Positions 49,675 to 60,914 of a stretch of DNA of 64,000 nucleotides are shown piece after piece. Below the pieces are notes generated by a model. That model had not been told where the DNA came from and searched no databases. It was given only the letters and a program-made list of their open reading frames with translations. Source of the DNA: Fistulifera solaris (taxonomy: Eukaryota); assembly GCA_030295235.1 (NCBI GenBank), contig AP026155.1, forward strand, positions 372,001-436,000, in the 5' to 3' direction. The position numbers and the translations under genes are program-made. The stretch's first letter is position 1. Every line of letters starts with the position of its first letter.

Positions 49675-50865
49675 TTAATTACCCGCTTTCTTCTTGCGGT
49701 AGTCATCCATCTCTTCTTGATAACGCTTTCTGTCATCGTCGGACTTCTTCTTGTAGTAATCTACCTCTTCGGGATTTAGCTCTTGCCAACGCTGACTGAT
49801 AAGGCGACCAAGATCCTCAAAACTGATTTTGCCATGAGGGCGACTTCGTCCTTTTCGTTGTCCCTTCTCATCATCCCCCTTTCCGGCTTTATCGCCCTTT
49901 CCGGTGTCTTCGCCTTCCTTGCTGCCCTCATCCTTGTCATCATCGTCCTCATCATCAGCAGCCGCGGCGGCAGCAGCTGCTGCAGCACCAAGGATTCGAG
50001 CACGTTCTTCCTTGAAAAAGAAATTGTAAGCAGAAAGTGGGCGCTTCGGTTTGTCTTTCGGTCTCTTCTTGTACGTTTTCTTTTTGATTGCTTTAGGACC
50101 CTCCGGAGCACTGACACCAGCGTGGCTTGCGCCACGATTCCCGGTGACGTTTGCAGCCGTAAGTCCAGCCGGGTTAGAGCCAACGCTTTCAGCCAGCTGA
50201 ATATTGGCCTGAAGCTGTTGTTGCTGCTGTTGCTGCTGCTGTTGCTGCTGTTGAAGCAACTGTAGAAGCAGTTGATTGTTCGAATCTTGAAGTCCACCTC
50301 CAAAGTGACCTCCACCCGCGCCTTGTAAACCAGCTAGAAGATGCTCATTTCCATGCATGCCTTGATGAATTCCCTGTTGCTGGCGCAGAAGCAATTCTCG
50401 TTCAAGTGCAAGCTGATTCGAGCTCATTACATCGGGGCTTCCAAGCCCACCATAGCCTAACTGAACTCCCCCGAAAGACTGATGAATTTGCTGCTGTTGC
50501 TGTTGTTGCTGCTGCTGGAGAAGCTGCATTAGCATCTCATTGTTACCTCCGACTCCAAGCATACCGCCAGGCATACCGCCGCCGGCGAAGACCTGTTGGT
50601 GGCCCATATCCAGCCCGCCCTGCTGCTGGAGGTTGCGAAGTTGAAGCATCTGCTGGATGGAAAGATTCTGGCCGCCAATATCTCCTTGAAGACTGTCACC
50701 TAGTCCTCCTCCGGCGTTGCGCATCTGCTGGAGCATGGCCAGCTGCTGAGATTGACCACCTTGCTGCTGAAGTGCATTCATCCCGAACAGCTGCTGCTGC
50801 AGGCCGTAATGTTGCTGCTGCTGAAGTTCGTCAACGGGCGTCTGTTGGTGCAAGTGGTTCTGCAT
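49675..50865 (-). CDS. HMG-box transcription factor with Q/G-rich N-terminus
   Basis: KPKRPLSAYNFFFKEERARIL ... PHGKISFEDLGRLISQRWQEL..RY. HMG box split by an acidic insertion. PolyQ tracts. Confidence 0.9.
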   Translation of the reverse strand: MQNHLHQQTPVDELQQQQHYGLQQQLFGMNALQQQGGQSQQLAMLQQMRNAGGGLGDSLQGDIGGQNLSIQQMLQLRNLQQQGGLDMGHQQVFAGGGMPGGMLGVGGNNEMLMQLLQQQQQQQQQQIHQSFGGVQLGYGGLGSPDVMSSNQLALERELLLRQQQGIHQGMHGNEHLLAGLQGAGGGHFGGGLQDSNNQLLLQLLQQQQQQQQQQQQQLQANIQLAESVGSNPAGLTAANVTGNRGASHAGVSAPEGPKAIKKKTYKKRPKDKPKRPLSAYNFFFKEERARILGAAAAAAAAAADDEDDDDKDEGSKEGEDTGKGDKAGKGDDEKGQRKGRSRPHGKISFEDLGRLISQRWQELNPEEVDYYKKKSDDDRKRYQEEMDDYRKKKAGN

Positions 50866-51896
50866 TTGCTTCGAAAGGGTGATGCAATGTGAGGGTTGTG
50901 AGACAAGCGACAATAGTGAAGAATCGGATTGCGCTGTAGATGCAAAGAACCTGTTGTGCTTGCCTGTTGTCCAATTGTTTAGGAGACCTATAACTTCGCT
51001 TTATCGTTAATTACAACCGAATACTGCGTTATCAAAATTCAGCAGATGTTTCTCTCCAACAGCGATCAGGTGACTGTAGACATCTTACCACGATCTACGT
51101 AGAAATTTTTTCCATATCTTTCTTGAAAACTTCTGCACTATGGTCCTTTGCAACAACGATGTCTTCCGTACTCCGTATTTCTGAGTAAGCATTTATGGCG
51201 CCTTGTTTCCCTTATTTAAAAACCAACGTGCGAGCAATCGACATGAGGATCCGATATTTATGAAGGCGACAATAGCCTACTATGTACCTAAATTTCTATG
51301 TCCTCTTGGACCTCTACCATAGAAAAAAGTACGGAACCGTTGTAGTTTGTACTTAGTAAAATACCAAAACACACAGATTCATAGGTTGCGGTTCGCGGTT
51401 ATCCGTACCCATTACAGGCTACTGGCAACGCATGACGTTATATTCTTTACCTGACGCTTCCATTCACAGGGCTACATAGTACATAGTACACTTTTTAAAA
51501 TAGTTTCTAGTGTCCGTTGGTCGTTAATCGTGAATAAGCAATTGGGGATAAAAGGAAACAGTAAAACGTTATTCAGTCTTTACCACAGCAAGTAGTACTG
51601 GCAGCACATGGCAGATGGCAGATGGCAGGAGAACTTATTAGGAGAACGACGAACGAAGAACGAAGTACAAATACAAAAGAAATGAGTGAGTAAACCGTCA
51701 ATGGTCATCAAGGAGAAAGATAAACAACCAATTTGAGTCTGGAGTCCAAGTCCCGGATAAATTTCCTTGAAAAAACTTGAATGCGAGTGTGTGACCATGA
51801 CCAAAAAGTTGAGCCTAACAATTTCCACCACGTGTTGTTTTTACTAAGATCTACTTCATTGACGAGCTGTTCGCTTACTTTGACAGGAGACGAGTT

Positions 51897-52846
51897 ATGA
51901 ACCAGGAGATTCAAAAAGCACGCGTCGCGAAAGGGCAGTGTGCCTCTTGTGGGCAACAGCTGTACCGATTGAAGCCTGAAGAACATTTTGCCTTAATGGG
52001 CATTCTTACTGGGAAAGTGACCTCCGATGCGAATGGAAAAAGACAAGGAAAGTTCCATTGACAATTCCGAATCTGGTGGAAAAAGGGAAATGCCTCAAAT
52101 GTGCTGGCTCTTTGTCAGTGGTTGCCGACGTTCAGATAAAGAACGATGTCAACGTAGAGCCTTTGAGTAAGGCAACAATTGATGTTTCCGCATTTACTAT
52201 GTACGATGGATCTTTCAATTCAAATGGAGAAAGACACGGTTTAGGGAAGATGACCTGGACCAATGGGGACGTCTATGAAGGAAATTTCGAAAACAATTTG
52301 CGAAATGGAAAAGGAACGATGGTTTTTGCAGCGCATCCCGGAGACAAAAGTATAGGAAAATATGACGGATGTTGGAAGAATGACATGATGCATGGCAGAG
52401 GTTTCCGGAGGTATACGAACGGGGACAAATACGATGGGGAATTTTGCTTGGGCAAGAGACACGGTGAAGGGCGTTTCACTTATGCTAACGGCGACATGTT
52501 CTGGGGATGGTTTGAAGACAATGATATACACGGTTTTGGACGTTACTATTACGCATCTGGACAACGATATGAGGGAGAATTCTTCCGCGGAGAACGTTGC
52601 GGTGTGGGCAAGCTTCAAGGCAAAGATGGACGAATAGAAATCTTCCAGTACGTGGGGAATCAACGCGTGGGGAAAGGGATTCGTTGGTCAAGTGATAGAT
52701 CAACGGCATGGCTGATTGCTGCAAATTCAAATGAAAAGATCATCGGTAAAACAGAAGAACAGATTTCTACCTTAGACGCTGCGAAAAGAGTGCACGACAT
52801 TGAGCAAGCCGTCGAACGCGCAAAACTAGAGAAGTCCAATGCATGA
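51897..52846 (+). CDS. MORN-repeat protein with N-terminal Cys4 motif
   Basis: About six Y-x-G-x-[FW]..HG-x-G repeats. An upstream frame MNQEIQKARVAKGQCASCG joins through an indel at the A5 run 52037-52041. Confidence 0.8.
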
Positions 52847-53475
52847 GCTTTCTGAACTTCGCATTACGAAGAAGTGCACAGTAGTAAATAAGTATTAAAA
52901 ATAAACTATTTCAGCTCTGCAATCTAAGCAACGCTCTATTTCGTACTCCCGGGTACTGCCCATCGACGCGTACCCAAACTCACAAACGCTTGAGTGGGCT
53001 TCGATGCCGCCGAAATTGACGAATTACTTCTCTGCTCTTCGCCTTTCAACTGCAAGTTAGATTTGTTAGTTGTTCCTTCAGCAGTAAGGCATGACAGCTA
53101 GTGCGTTCCTTTGGCATCGCTTTAGCTTTTAGCTTTATGGCTCTACCTAGAGAGAAAAGGGTCATTTTAAAGTCATAGTCACAAGGCATCACGTTTTCCC
53201 GTAACAATAAGAACGGCCTACACACTTTTAGAGTGTCTGAGTAAACCGGTACCCACGCAAACAGACACGCTTCACATCTCACAATCCGTCTTCCGAGTGC
53301 GTTGGATGCAAATTTTTGGCAGACGCCCAAAGAGCCTTTTACACCAAGCTTCCAGATGATCGCATCTCGCAACAACATTCGTCGCTTTTGTAATGCACCT
53401 TTCATGAAACAAAAGATGAGACTGTAGAAAGTGAGATCAAAAGTACGATCCCGTGATTTTTATATAGTTGCAACT

Positions 53476-54000
53476 ATGAATTTTTACGATCGTCTTCGGA
53501 GAGGAAATGAACGAGAGGCACATGAGCGCGACAACCTTGAACTGGCGCAGCCAACAGGAGAGCGCACGGCAGCGCCTGATTACGGCGACGAAAATGATGA
53601 GCCCGAAGAATATTCAAATCAAATGCTTCCTTCTAATTATATGATGCCACCAGACGAGAATGTGCCAAGAGAAGAATATCCGACACGGGGAATCGGCGCG
53701 TTCCCTCCGCCCCTCGCCGAAGACCCTACTGTGCAAGGTGGTAATTTGAGTGACGCGCAAAATGGGCAAGATAGAACCAATCACGTTGACCCTTCCTCCG
53801 TGGGTATGTCGCAGGGTGCCTATGATCAGACTTTAACGCGAAGCAGACGATCGGCTGCGAGCACTTACCGACGGAGAGAGTTGCTTCGCCGAGAAGAGGA
53901 ACGCAAATTCAAGAGGACGATATGTCTTGTCATTGCTGCAGTTGTTGCTTGGTGTATATTGGCGGCAGTAGTGGGAGGAATTGTTGGTACACTGCTTTGA
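53476..54000 (+). CDS. Hypothetical tail-anchored membrane protein
   Basis: Disordered N-terminus, basic patch and C-terminal TM helix. Confidence 0.65.
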   Translation: MNFYDRLRRGNEREAHERDNLELAQPTGERTAAPDYGDENDEPEEYSNQMLPSNYMMPPDENVPREEYPTRGIGAFPPPLAEDPTVQGGNLSDAQNGQDRTNHVDPSSVGMSQGAYDQTLTRSRRSAASTYRRRELLRREEERKFKRTICLVIAAVVAWCILAAVVGGIVGTLL

Positions 54001-54276
54001 TACATGATGGACGATAGCTTAACAACCGCTCGAAATTCTTATACTCCACTTTCGCTGACCTTGCCACACCTCCTCTGAACACGATCCGTTAAGTCGTTGA
54101 GTAAAACGAGGAAAGGATTCTCATTTCTCTGCACAATTTTGTAAATGTTTAATTAGTATATCAAGTTGGCATTGCGTGCCAATGATGCATGAAGATGCTA
54201 CAGACCTGTATCCACTTCTCCGCCGTCCACGAAACCCCAAGGAAGTAAAAAATTTAGTGTCGAAACCTTAATGAAG

Positions 54277-57200
54277 TTATGAGCTTGAAACGTTGTTAGG
54301 AGAACTTTGATCGTCCAAGACATTTTGTTCCACGGCAACGTCTCTAGAGAAGTAACCAACAACTGCAGCAGGGGGACTGACAAGACCTGCTGTCGCCTCA
54401 AGGATATCCACGGTAGTATTGGCAGCTTCGTCAACCATTCCAGTTGCAGCACCTGCTAGACCCACCAAACCAATCGCCACACCTTCACCAGTAGTTTTTA
54501 AATGATGGACATCATCACCGAAACGCTCGACCACGCCCTTGGCCTCTTCCTTGTCGTGTATTTTTTTGCAGCGCAAGTGCTTCTATCGATTGACTCATTC
54601 GAACCGCCCTCATAATTCGGTACTTCCTCAACCACGGCATGAGATATTGAACGAAGACTTGACGCCAAACGGTACCAGCATCATTCACAAACTTGCTTTG
54701 GTGTCTAAATTTCATCAGGTACAGTTGGGACAAGCGCTCAATAAATGGATGTCTGTGAGCTTCATGAACTAATAGATCCTTGATGAAGTTTGTCGGGACA
54801 TAGTCGAATGCGTATCCGTATAATGAGACATCTTCACTCAGAAAGGGGACGTCAATCCTGCCCACCCAAAAAACAGCTGCGAAAAGGAACTGAGAGATTC
54901 GTCCAATGAGCACGCCCGAACCAAGCCCAATGAACCATGTCTCCAAAGCGAGTGTGGTGATGTTGGACGTTCTCGGTTTCGTCCTATAGAACGCTCTGTA
55001 GAAGTTTTGTCGACAAGTGTTGGTCAGAAGCATTTTCATCGAAATTGTTATAGTCAGCCCAATTGCAAACGCAAGAACCTTTATCATGAACGCACTAGAA
55101 AAGTCCCAAATAAAGAGGAAGGCAAATAAACCCACTGTGTATTGCCAGTGCAGATGCAGGTGAGAATAGTGGGCCTCGCTGGGAAAGATACAACGTATAG
55201 ATTTTAGACCCACCAATGAGGAAGACCAAAATACCAGCTCCGATGAGACCATAGACGGCGTTCCCGATGTTCATGCAAGCCTGACAGAGACTCTTTATTA
55301 GTATTCAATATAAATATCATAACTCCACTAAGATGCGTACCGTGTCCGCACTTCTACGATATTTCGTGAAATAGCGAGAGCCAAGCGAGGGAATCAAACC
55401 ACAGCGGTACTGCAACAATGTGGCTGTCGAGCTAAAGGGGATTTAGGAAAGCTGAATTTAAGCCAGTCACATGTTAAATCGCATTACCTTGGAATGTACA
55501 AAACAACTAAAAGCACCATAGTAAAAGTGGCTGCGATTGATGCTGGATAAAGAGCAAGCTCGACCCCTTTTCGAGTCGGGACCAGCCTGGCAACAACCGT
55601 TAGCAATTCAAAAACGTCTCATCAATTCGCTGCATCACACAACTTACTGCCGAGCCCAAGTAGGTAAATCTTCCGTCAATGAGTCTTGAGCTTCCCCTGC
55701 TAAAACGGATGCAACTCCAGTTATCGAGAAGAAAATCAGTGACAAAATGATAGTGAAGCCAACTTGCGCCGTCTGGAAAACAATCATACGCGTTGGAAGC
55801 CAAATGCCTTCTTTCTCGAACAGTGCTCCTGTCTGGAAAAGTTCCCAAGTCCACATAAATCCTCCCGCTCTTTCCGATTCATTTCCACGAAAAACGAAGT
55901 TAAGCATTGTTTCATCGGAAGAAGTTCCATTCCTTGCTGAGGAGCGAGAGTCACTGAGACTCTGTTTCTTTGGTTCAGAATCCACGTGCAAGACACAGGC
56001 GTTCATGAGCATCGCATTAATCTTTCGAGTAGCAGCTTTTTTGATCCGGCATTCTCCAACGGTGTTCGAAGGTATAAACAGCGATTGTCCAATACCCTTA
56101 ACGAGATGAGCAAAAGACAAATCAAGTAGTAGGTTGCAAGAACGATGCCAGCTCCAAGGGTAATGTACAGATAAAAAATAAAATAGGCTTGGTTGACACG
56201 TTGTTCAGCATCGTCATACGGCTTTTCAGTGTCTGCACGGTACCGCTGAACACCAAAGTAGGGGGGTCTATACCAAACTAGCTTGAGACAATGAAAGGTA
56301 CGTCAAAACGCAGCATACACGGCCTCACTTACACAGAGTAGAGGAGGGTCACAAAAGAGCGATCGCATATTGTTTTGGCCCTTGCGAGTTTGGATTGTTC
56401 CCGAGACTTAAAGGTACAATCGTAACCACACCAAAGGCACCGAGAAAAATGGCCACCATGAACCTGTGGTTTGCAAGTGAGCTTTTCAACTTGAACGATC
56501 GCGCCGCACTACAACGTTACCTACCAATTCCATAACTGCGCCTTTAAAAGACAAGTAAATTCCTCCTTGCTTTCCGTTTCAAGGCAGGAGGCAGCGACGC
56601 GCGACTGATAAATTGACGCGTACGTGACAGATGTCATGAGGTAGAAGAACCAAATTAAACACACGCAAATGACCGAAGAATGTGTGTCCACCACCAAATC
56701 AACAATTGAATGATCTACAGAGTTCATACTAGTGAACACTCCTTCTTTCGGGATTTCTGTGTCCGCTACAGGGTCATTTCGTTTCTCTTTCCGACACTTT
56801 TCGTTGACAATCGACCGCTCTTCCCCAAACACGTCAAAGAATATAGTCGACAGACGATCTTCACTACCCACTTCCCACGCGTCCAAATCGTAGGTTAGAG
56901 CATTCACAAAAGACTCGATACCAAGTCGACCGGAACTTGACATGGCTACTTCTACCATTTCTCGTTTCAAAGCGTCATCACCGGCCCGTTCGAATTCGCC
57001 GCATTCCATTAAAATCGCTTCCACAAGATCGACATCTAGAAGGGGACCCTCCTCTTGATCCGAAAAGTCAACATCTTTCATCATTATGCGAAAAACGTCT
57101 TGGAGTATCGTGCGCGGCTGGGGAAGAAGTGAGGCTGCCAGTTCCGCTTGCCGTGCCTCTTTCATGACTCGCCTTTTGTGTCGCCATTTTCGATACCAGC

Positions 57201-57732
57201 CCGTTGGTTCCTCGTCTTGTTTTTCTTCGTTGTTTTCTTCTTTCATGATTGAGTTGTAATCATTCTCTTTCGCGATCTTGGCCGCTCTCGCCAGTACCGG
57301 AATCAAAAGAAGTGCCGTGATTTGCACCAAATCCAAGTATTCTTCCGGGGAGCACAACTCTTCATCGATATGCTTCTGACTCTCTTCCAGTCTACTATGA
57401 ACATTATCTGATGGCTTTTTCATTAACGAAGATGTTGTCACTTGACTCATGTGCACGACTTTTTGAATCATTTTCTGCCCCGCGCTGTAGGCTTTTTCTT
57501 GAAGCTGCAATTCTTCTTGCGACAACCCTCCACCCAGAGATCGGACGATTTCAATGCATTCTTTATGGGATAACATGAGTCCGTACCGACTAGTGAGTAA
57601 GGCTTGCACATCTCGGGAACTGATGGAGCCATTCGGTCGATCCGGAAAGCAGGTTTGGTGCAGTGCGGCAATGTATTCGAGTTCCTTCACGTCGGCGCCA
57701 GCACCGATCGAACGCAAGAACTCGACGCCCAT
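54277..57732 (-). CDS. Multi-exon polytopic membrane protein, STRA6/RBPR2-like C-terminal region
   Basis: Same-strand ORFs 56521..57732, 55644..56120, 54515..55252 and 54277..54576 linked by GT-AG introns and an indel at the T7 run 54561. Motif GRIDVPFL..D..HEAHRHP. Exon borders approximate. Confidence 0.6.
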
Positions 57733-58107
57733 TTTGTATTATAGGCAAGCTTTCATTCTCTGCTGGGATAATTACAAGTGTTTGTTCTACTATGAACGCT
57801 GGTCAGGCGAAGAAATCTTTGTTTCAAAGAATAACAACGCGTCGCAGAAAGAACACGGAGAAACGTTTCAACGAGAAGCTCAAAACAAGGTGTGACGAGG
57901 CACTGTCACAATGGTTTAGAAGTATAGCTCTCTCTCGAGACACTTGAGGAGGAGGCTAACCCCGTGAGAATGAGGTCAAAAAAGTTGTGACGGTAAACCA
58001 ACTCTAGATTGTTGATCGATTCTTTCCCTAGACACTATAAAACAGGAGAAAAGATGCACCGACGGGTAATAGCAATAGCTAGAGCCAACGAAATATATTT
58101 GCAGCAA

Positions 58108-59030
58108 TCAAAAAATAAACTGCCGTCTCACTTTGACTTCCGCTGCCAGGCCTCGTATCGACGTGCCCTCCAGCGGCAATCGGATATCGGTGATCCACTT
58201 GCCCCCACCAGTACTCTGATCCGTCCAGTTGATATCGATCGAGTGGGACGGATCGACTTTGGTATGCAACATAGCCCCGTTGTTCCACTTGACGCTCCAC
58301 TGATACAATACTCGGGCGTCTTTGAGGTGAATTTCGGGAGCAATCACGTTACTATCGCTCAGCGCATAGACCATGGAAAGAGTGGGATCTTTCGCACGAA
58401 GATTTAAAATGGTTTTCGTTCGACCCGCGCCTCCCGTAACGGCTTCAATGGTGCAAGTCACTTTGTCTGTGAGCAGCGTCTGCCGGAAGTCCACAGATGG
58501 ACTTAATCGGAGGGTACTCAGACTAGCAAAGGGGAGATAAAAGAGCGCACTGGCGTTGATGGATTCCACCAGTCTCCGACGTTGATTGCTTAGTTTGCTG
58601 AAGATATAAGAAGGGCCTCGAGTAAATTGCAACAAAATATCTTTTTGACCTGATCGAAGATCAAATACCGGTTGAATTTCAAGTTGATTGATTGGACCCA
58701 ACGAAAATTTCCCTTTACATCCACAAGACTCGGTAGTCGCTTTAGATCATTGTAATTGTAGCCGATCCCCGCGTCGATGGATTTGAGTGAAGGCATCAGT
58801 ACTGGGATGGGTGCAACTTTACTGCGAATATTGAAGAAAGCATTGGGCTGCAAAGACGAAATATCGAACCATGATCTGGAGTGTCCGTCGTGGTACAAGG
58901 AATGCGCCGAAAGAACGCCCTCATGCGACGGATCTTTAACGGTGACGGTCACCGCGGAATTGACTTCGAAGCGAGCACCATGAATCGTTTCAAAGAACAG
59001 CAAGCCAGATAACAATATGGTGAAGAGCAT
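58108..59030 (-). CDS. Signal-peptide protein with amphipathic beta-strands, beta-barrel-like
   Basis: ORFs 58590..59054 and 58108..58701 join through an indel at about 58704-58710. Alternating hydrophobic strands, ends VKVRRQFIF. Confidence 0.6.
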
Positions 59031-59843
59031 TACTGAACTCAGAAAGAACACCAAAGACAGTTATTATGAGCGATTCGGCATGAATTGGATCATAAACATC
59101 ATGGCGGTGCAGGTCGAGTTCGTCAACAGCACTTTCTCTTCTCACCAGATTTTTGACATTCGCGACTCATTCAAATGAGAGATAAACTCTATCCTTATTC
59201 ATCTTTAGTTTACGGAATCGAACTGTGACCGCATCACGCACCATACCATACCAAGCAGACCGGCAACGTCTGTTATTGGATCTTGAAGTGACCTTGCGAA
59301 CCATTGAAAAAGGTGTACGTCATTATTTAGGTCGATCGTGTGAGTATTTTCTGTTGCCATCGTCAACTGATATAAAGAGCCCCTATCAAAGATTATCCAT
59401 CGCTAAACTCATAGCGGCGGAAAATTCGAATTTGAAATTACTTAGCAGCAGAGTTCTATCGAGACCTAAGTGGGAACAAGTTTCCGTTGAACGATTCGTA
59501 CTTGAAGCTATCAGAATTGATTTTCCAGAGTCGGTTCGAGTTCGATTATTTAGAAACGCCGAGGAGAAGTAGATTCCGATTAGGAGAACTTTCCGTTCGA
59601 AATCCATTCCGGAAGCCGGTCACTATACTCTCAAGCTGTAGTGGACAAACGTCATCGCTAGATTGTGTAGACGGGATACGGGGATGGCCGGTGCGTTGGC
59701 TGTTTGTTAGCGCGGAGTAGGAATTTGGGAGCCAAACACGCCATTCCCAAGTCTGCTCTGGTTGACCACACAAATTCGAAAAAATTGTCCAATTGCACAT
59801 TTCGCAAACGTCTCTTCTACTTCTCTACCAAACAAGAATAATC

Positions 59844-60056
59844 ATGAACAAGGTCTTCATTCTATCTTTGTTGCTGGCTGTTGTTGCCGCACAAGACGAG
59901 GCATCTGATATGCCAAGCGACATGCCTTCGGACATGGGCAGTGTTGAAGGCCCGGCTGGCACCCCGGTTGGTGAACCAACTGGAGACTCCTCGGCCTTTG
60001 CCGCCCGTGCTATCGTCGGTGCTGCCATTGTCGCTGTTGGATCCATGTTCCTGTAA
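59844..60056 (+). CDS. Small secreted, probably GPI-anchored peptide with SDMP repeats
   Basis: Signal MNKVFILSLLLAVVAA, SDMPSDMPSDM, then a DSSA omega-like site and a hydrophobic C-terminus. Confidence 0.7.
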   Translation: MNKVFILSLLLAVVAAQDEASDMPSDMPSDMGSVEGPAGTPVGEPTGDSSAFAARAIVGAAIVAVGSMFL

Positions 60057-60914
60057 ACGGATGCAATATCCGGACCATTCCCGTCCTTTTGAGTGTCATT
60101 GTGGGAAATCAGAGATTGTCGGCCAAAGCCTTTTTATAAGCTGAAGTCCACGAATAAGTAGATTTGAGTAAAATGCATTTGAACAAATTGACTATCTGTT
60201 AGTATCATTCTTTGCTCGTTTGACATGAAAAGCTTCATAAACTCCACAGACCGCTGCTTCACACCGATGGCCGTCATGGCCACGACCTACTCATTCGTCT
60301 CATCGATTTCCTGGAGATCGTGTGAATTGTCCGTTGGCGATGAGCAGAATTTTTTGAAGTGTAGGCTACCTTACCTGTACACTCTGTGTTACAGACTCAA
60401 AGGTATGAGAGAACGTTTGCGCTTGCGTTTGCGCGCTCTCATCCCACATCGAGAGGGCGTGCGTGCAAAAGTAGGACGGTGCGGGAAATTGTGTACTTTC
60501 GCGTAGGCCCCCGTGGAGAAATGTACCAAGCAGAGGTGCGTTCCCGTGTCTCCCTGATTTTTTTTGAATGCTTGGGCTGATCATTTGACCTGGCGCGATA
60601 CCAGTACCGGTATCTACATCGGTTCTATCTTCAGTCTTCAGTTGGAAAAATGTCCTTCAACTACGTTCTACAACCACACGCCGGCAGGGTAGGACAGTGT
60701 ACTTGAACTCCACACCCTCACGAGCGGGCCGGAAATATTTGAATTCTCCCTCCAACACCCCGACACGAAAACGAAATACCATCCGCAATGCTCACAACTT
60801 TAGTGATGGTTGTGCTCCAGAGAAAAGCAGGGTCCTTCCTTTTCTCATGCATGAAACATAGTATCTTCTTTATTCACTACGATATTGCATCAATTACTGA
60901 ACTCCCTTTGAAAA

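Noticed and set aside
49940..50830. CAG/GCA trinucleotide runs
   Set aside because: Ordinary polyQ and polyA tracts of a transcription factor.
51608..51628. ATGGCAG x3 micro-repeat upstream of the MORN gene
   Set aside because: Too short to distinguish from slippage, with no supporting context.
5904..58710. Programmed ribosomal frameshifting or mass pseudogenisation
   Set aside because: Shifts occur in both directions in A, T, G and C runs with no shared slippery motif, and the genes are otherwise intact. Sequencing error is the simpler explanation.
59100..59800. Short ORFs 59225..59572 and neighbours
   Set aside because: Non-ATG starts and no motifs. Probably divergent promoter DNA.
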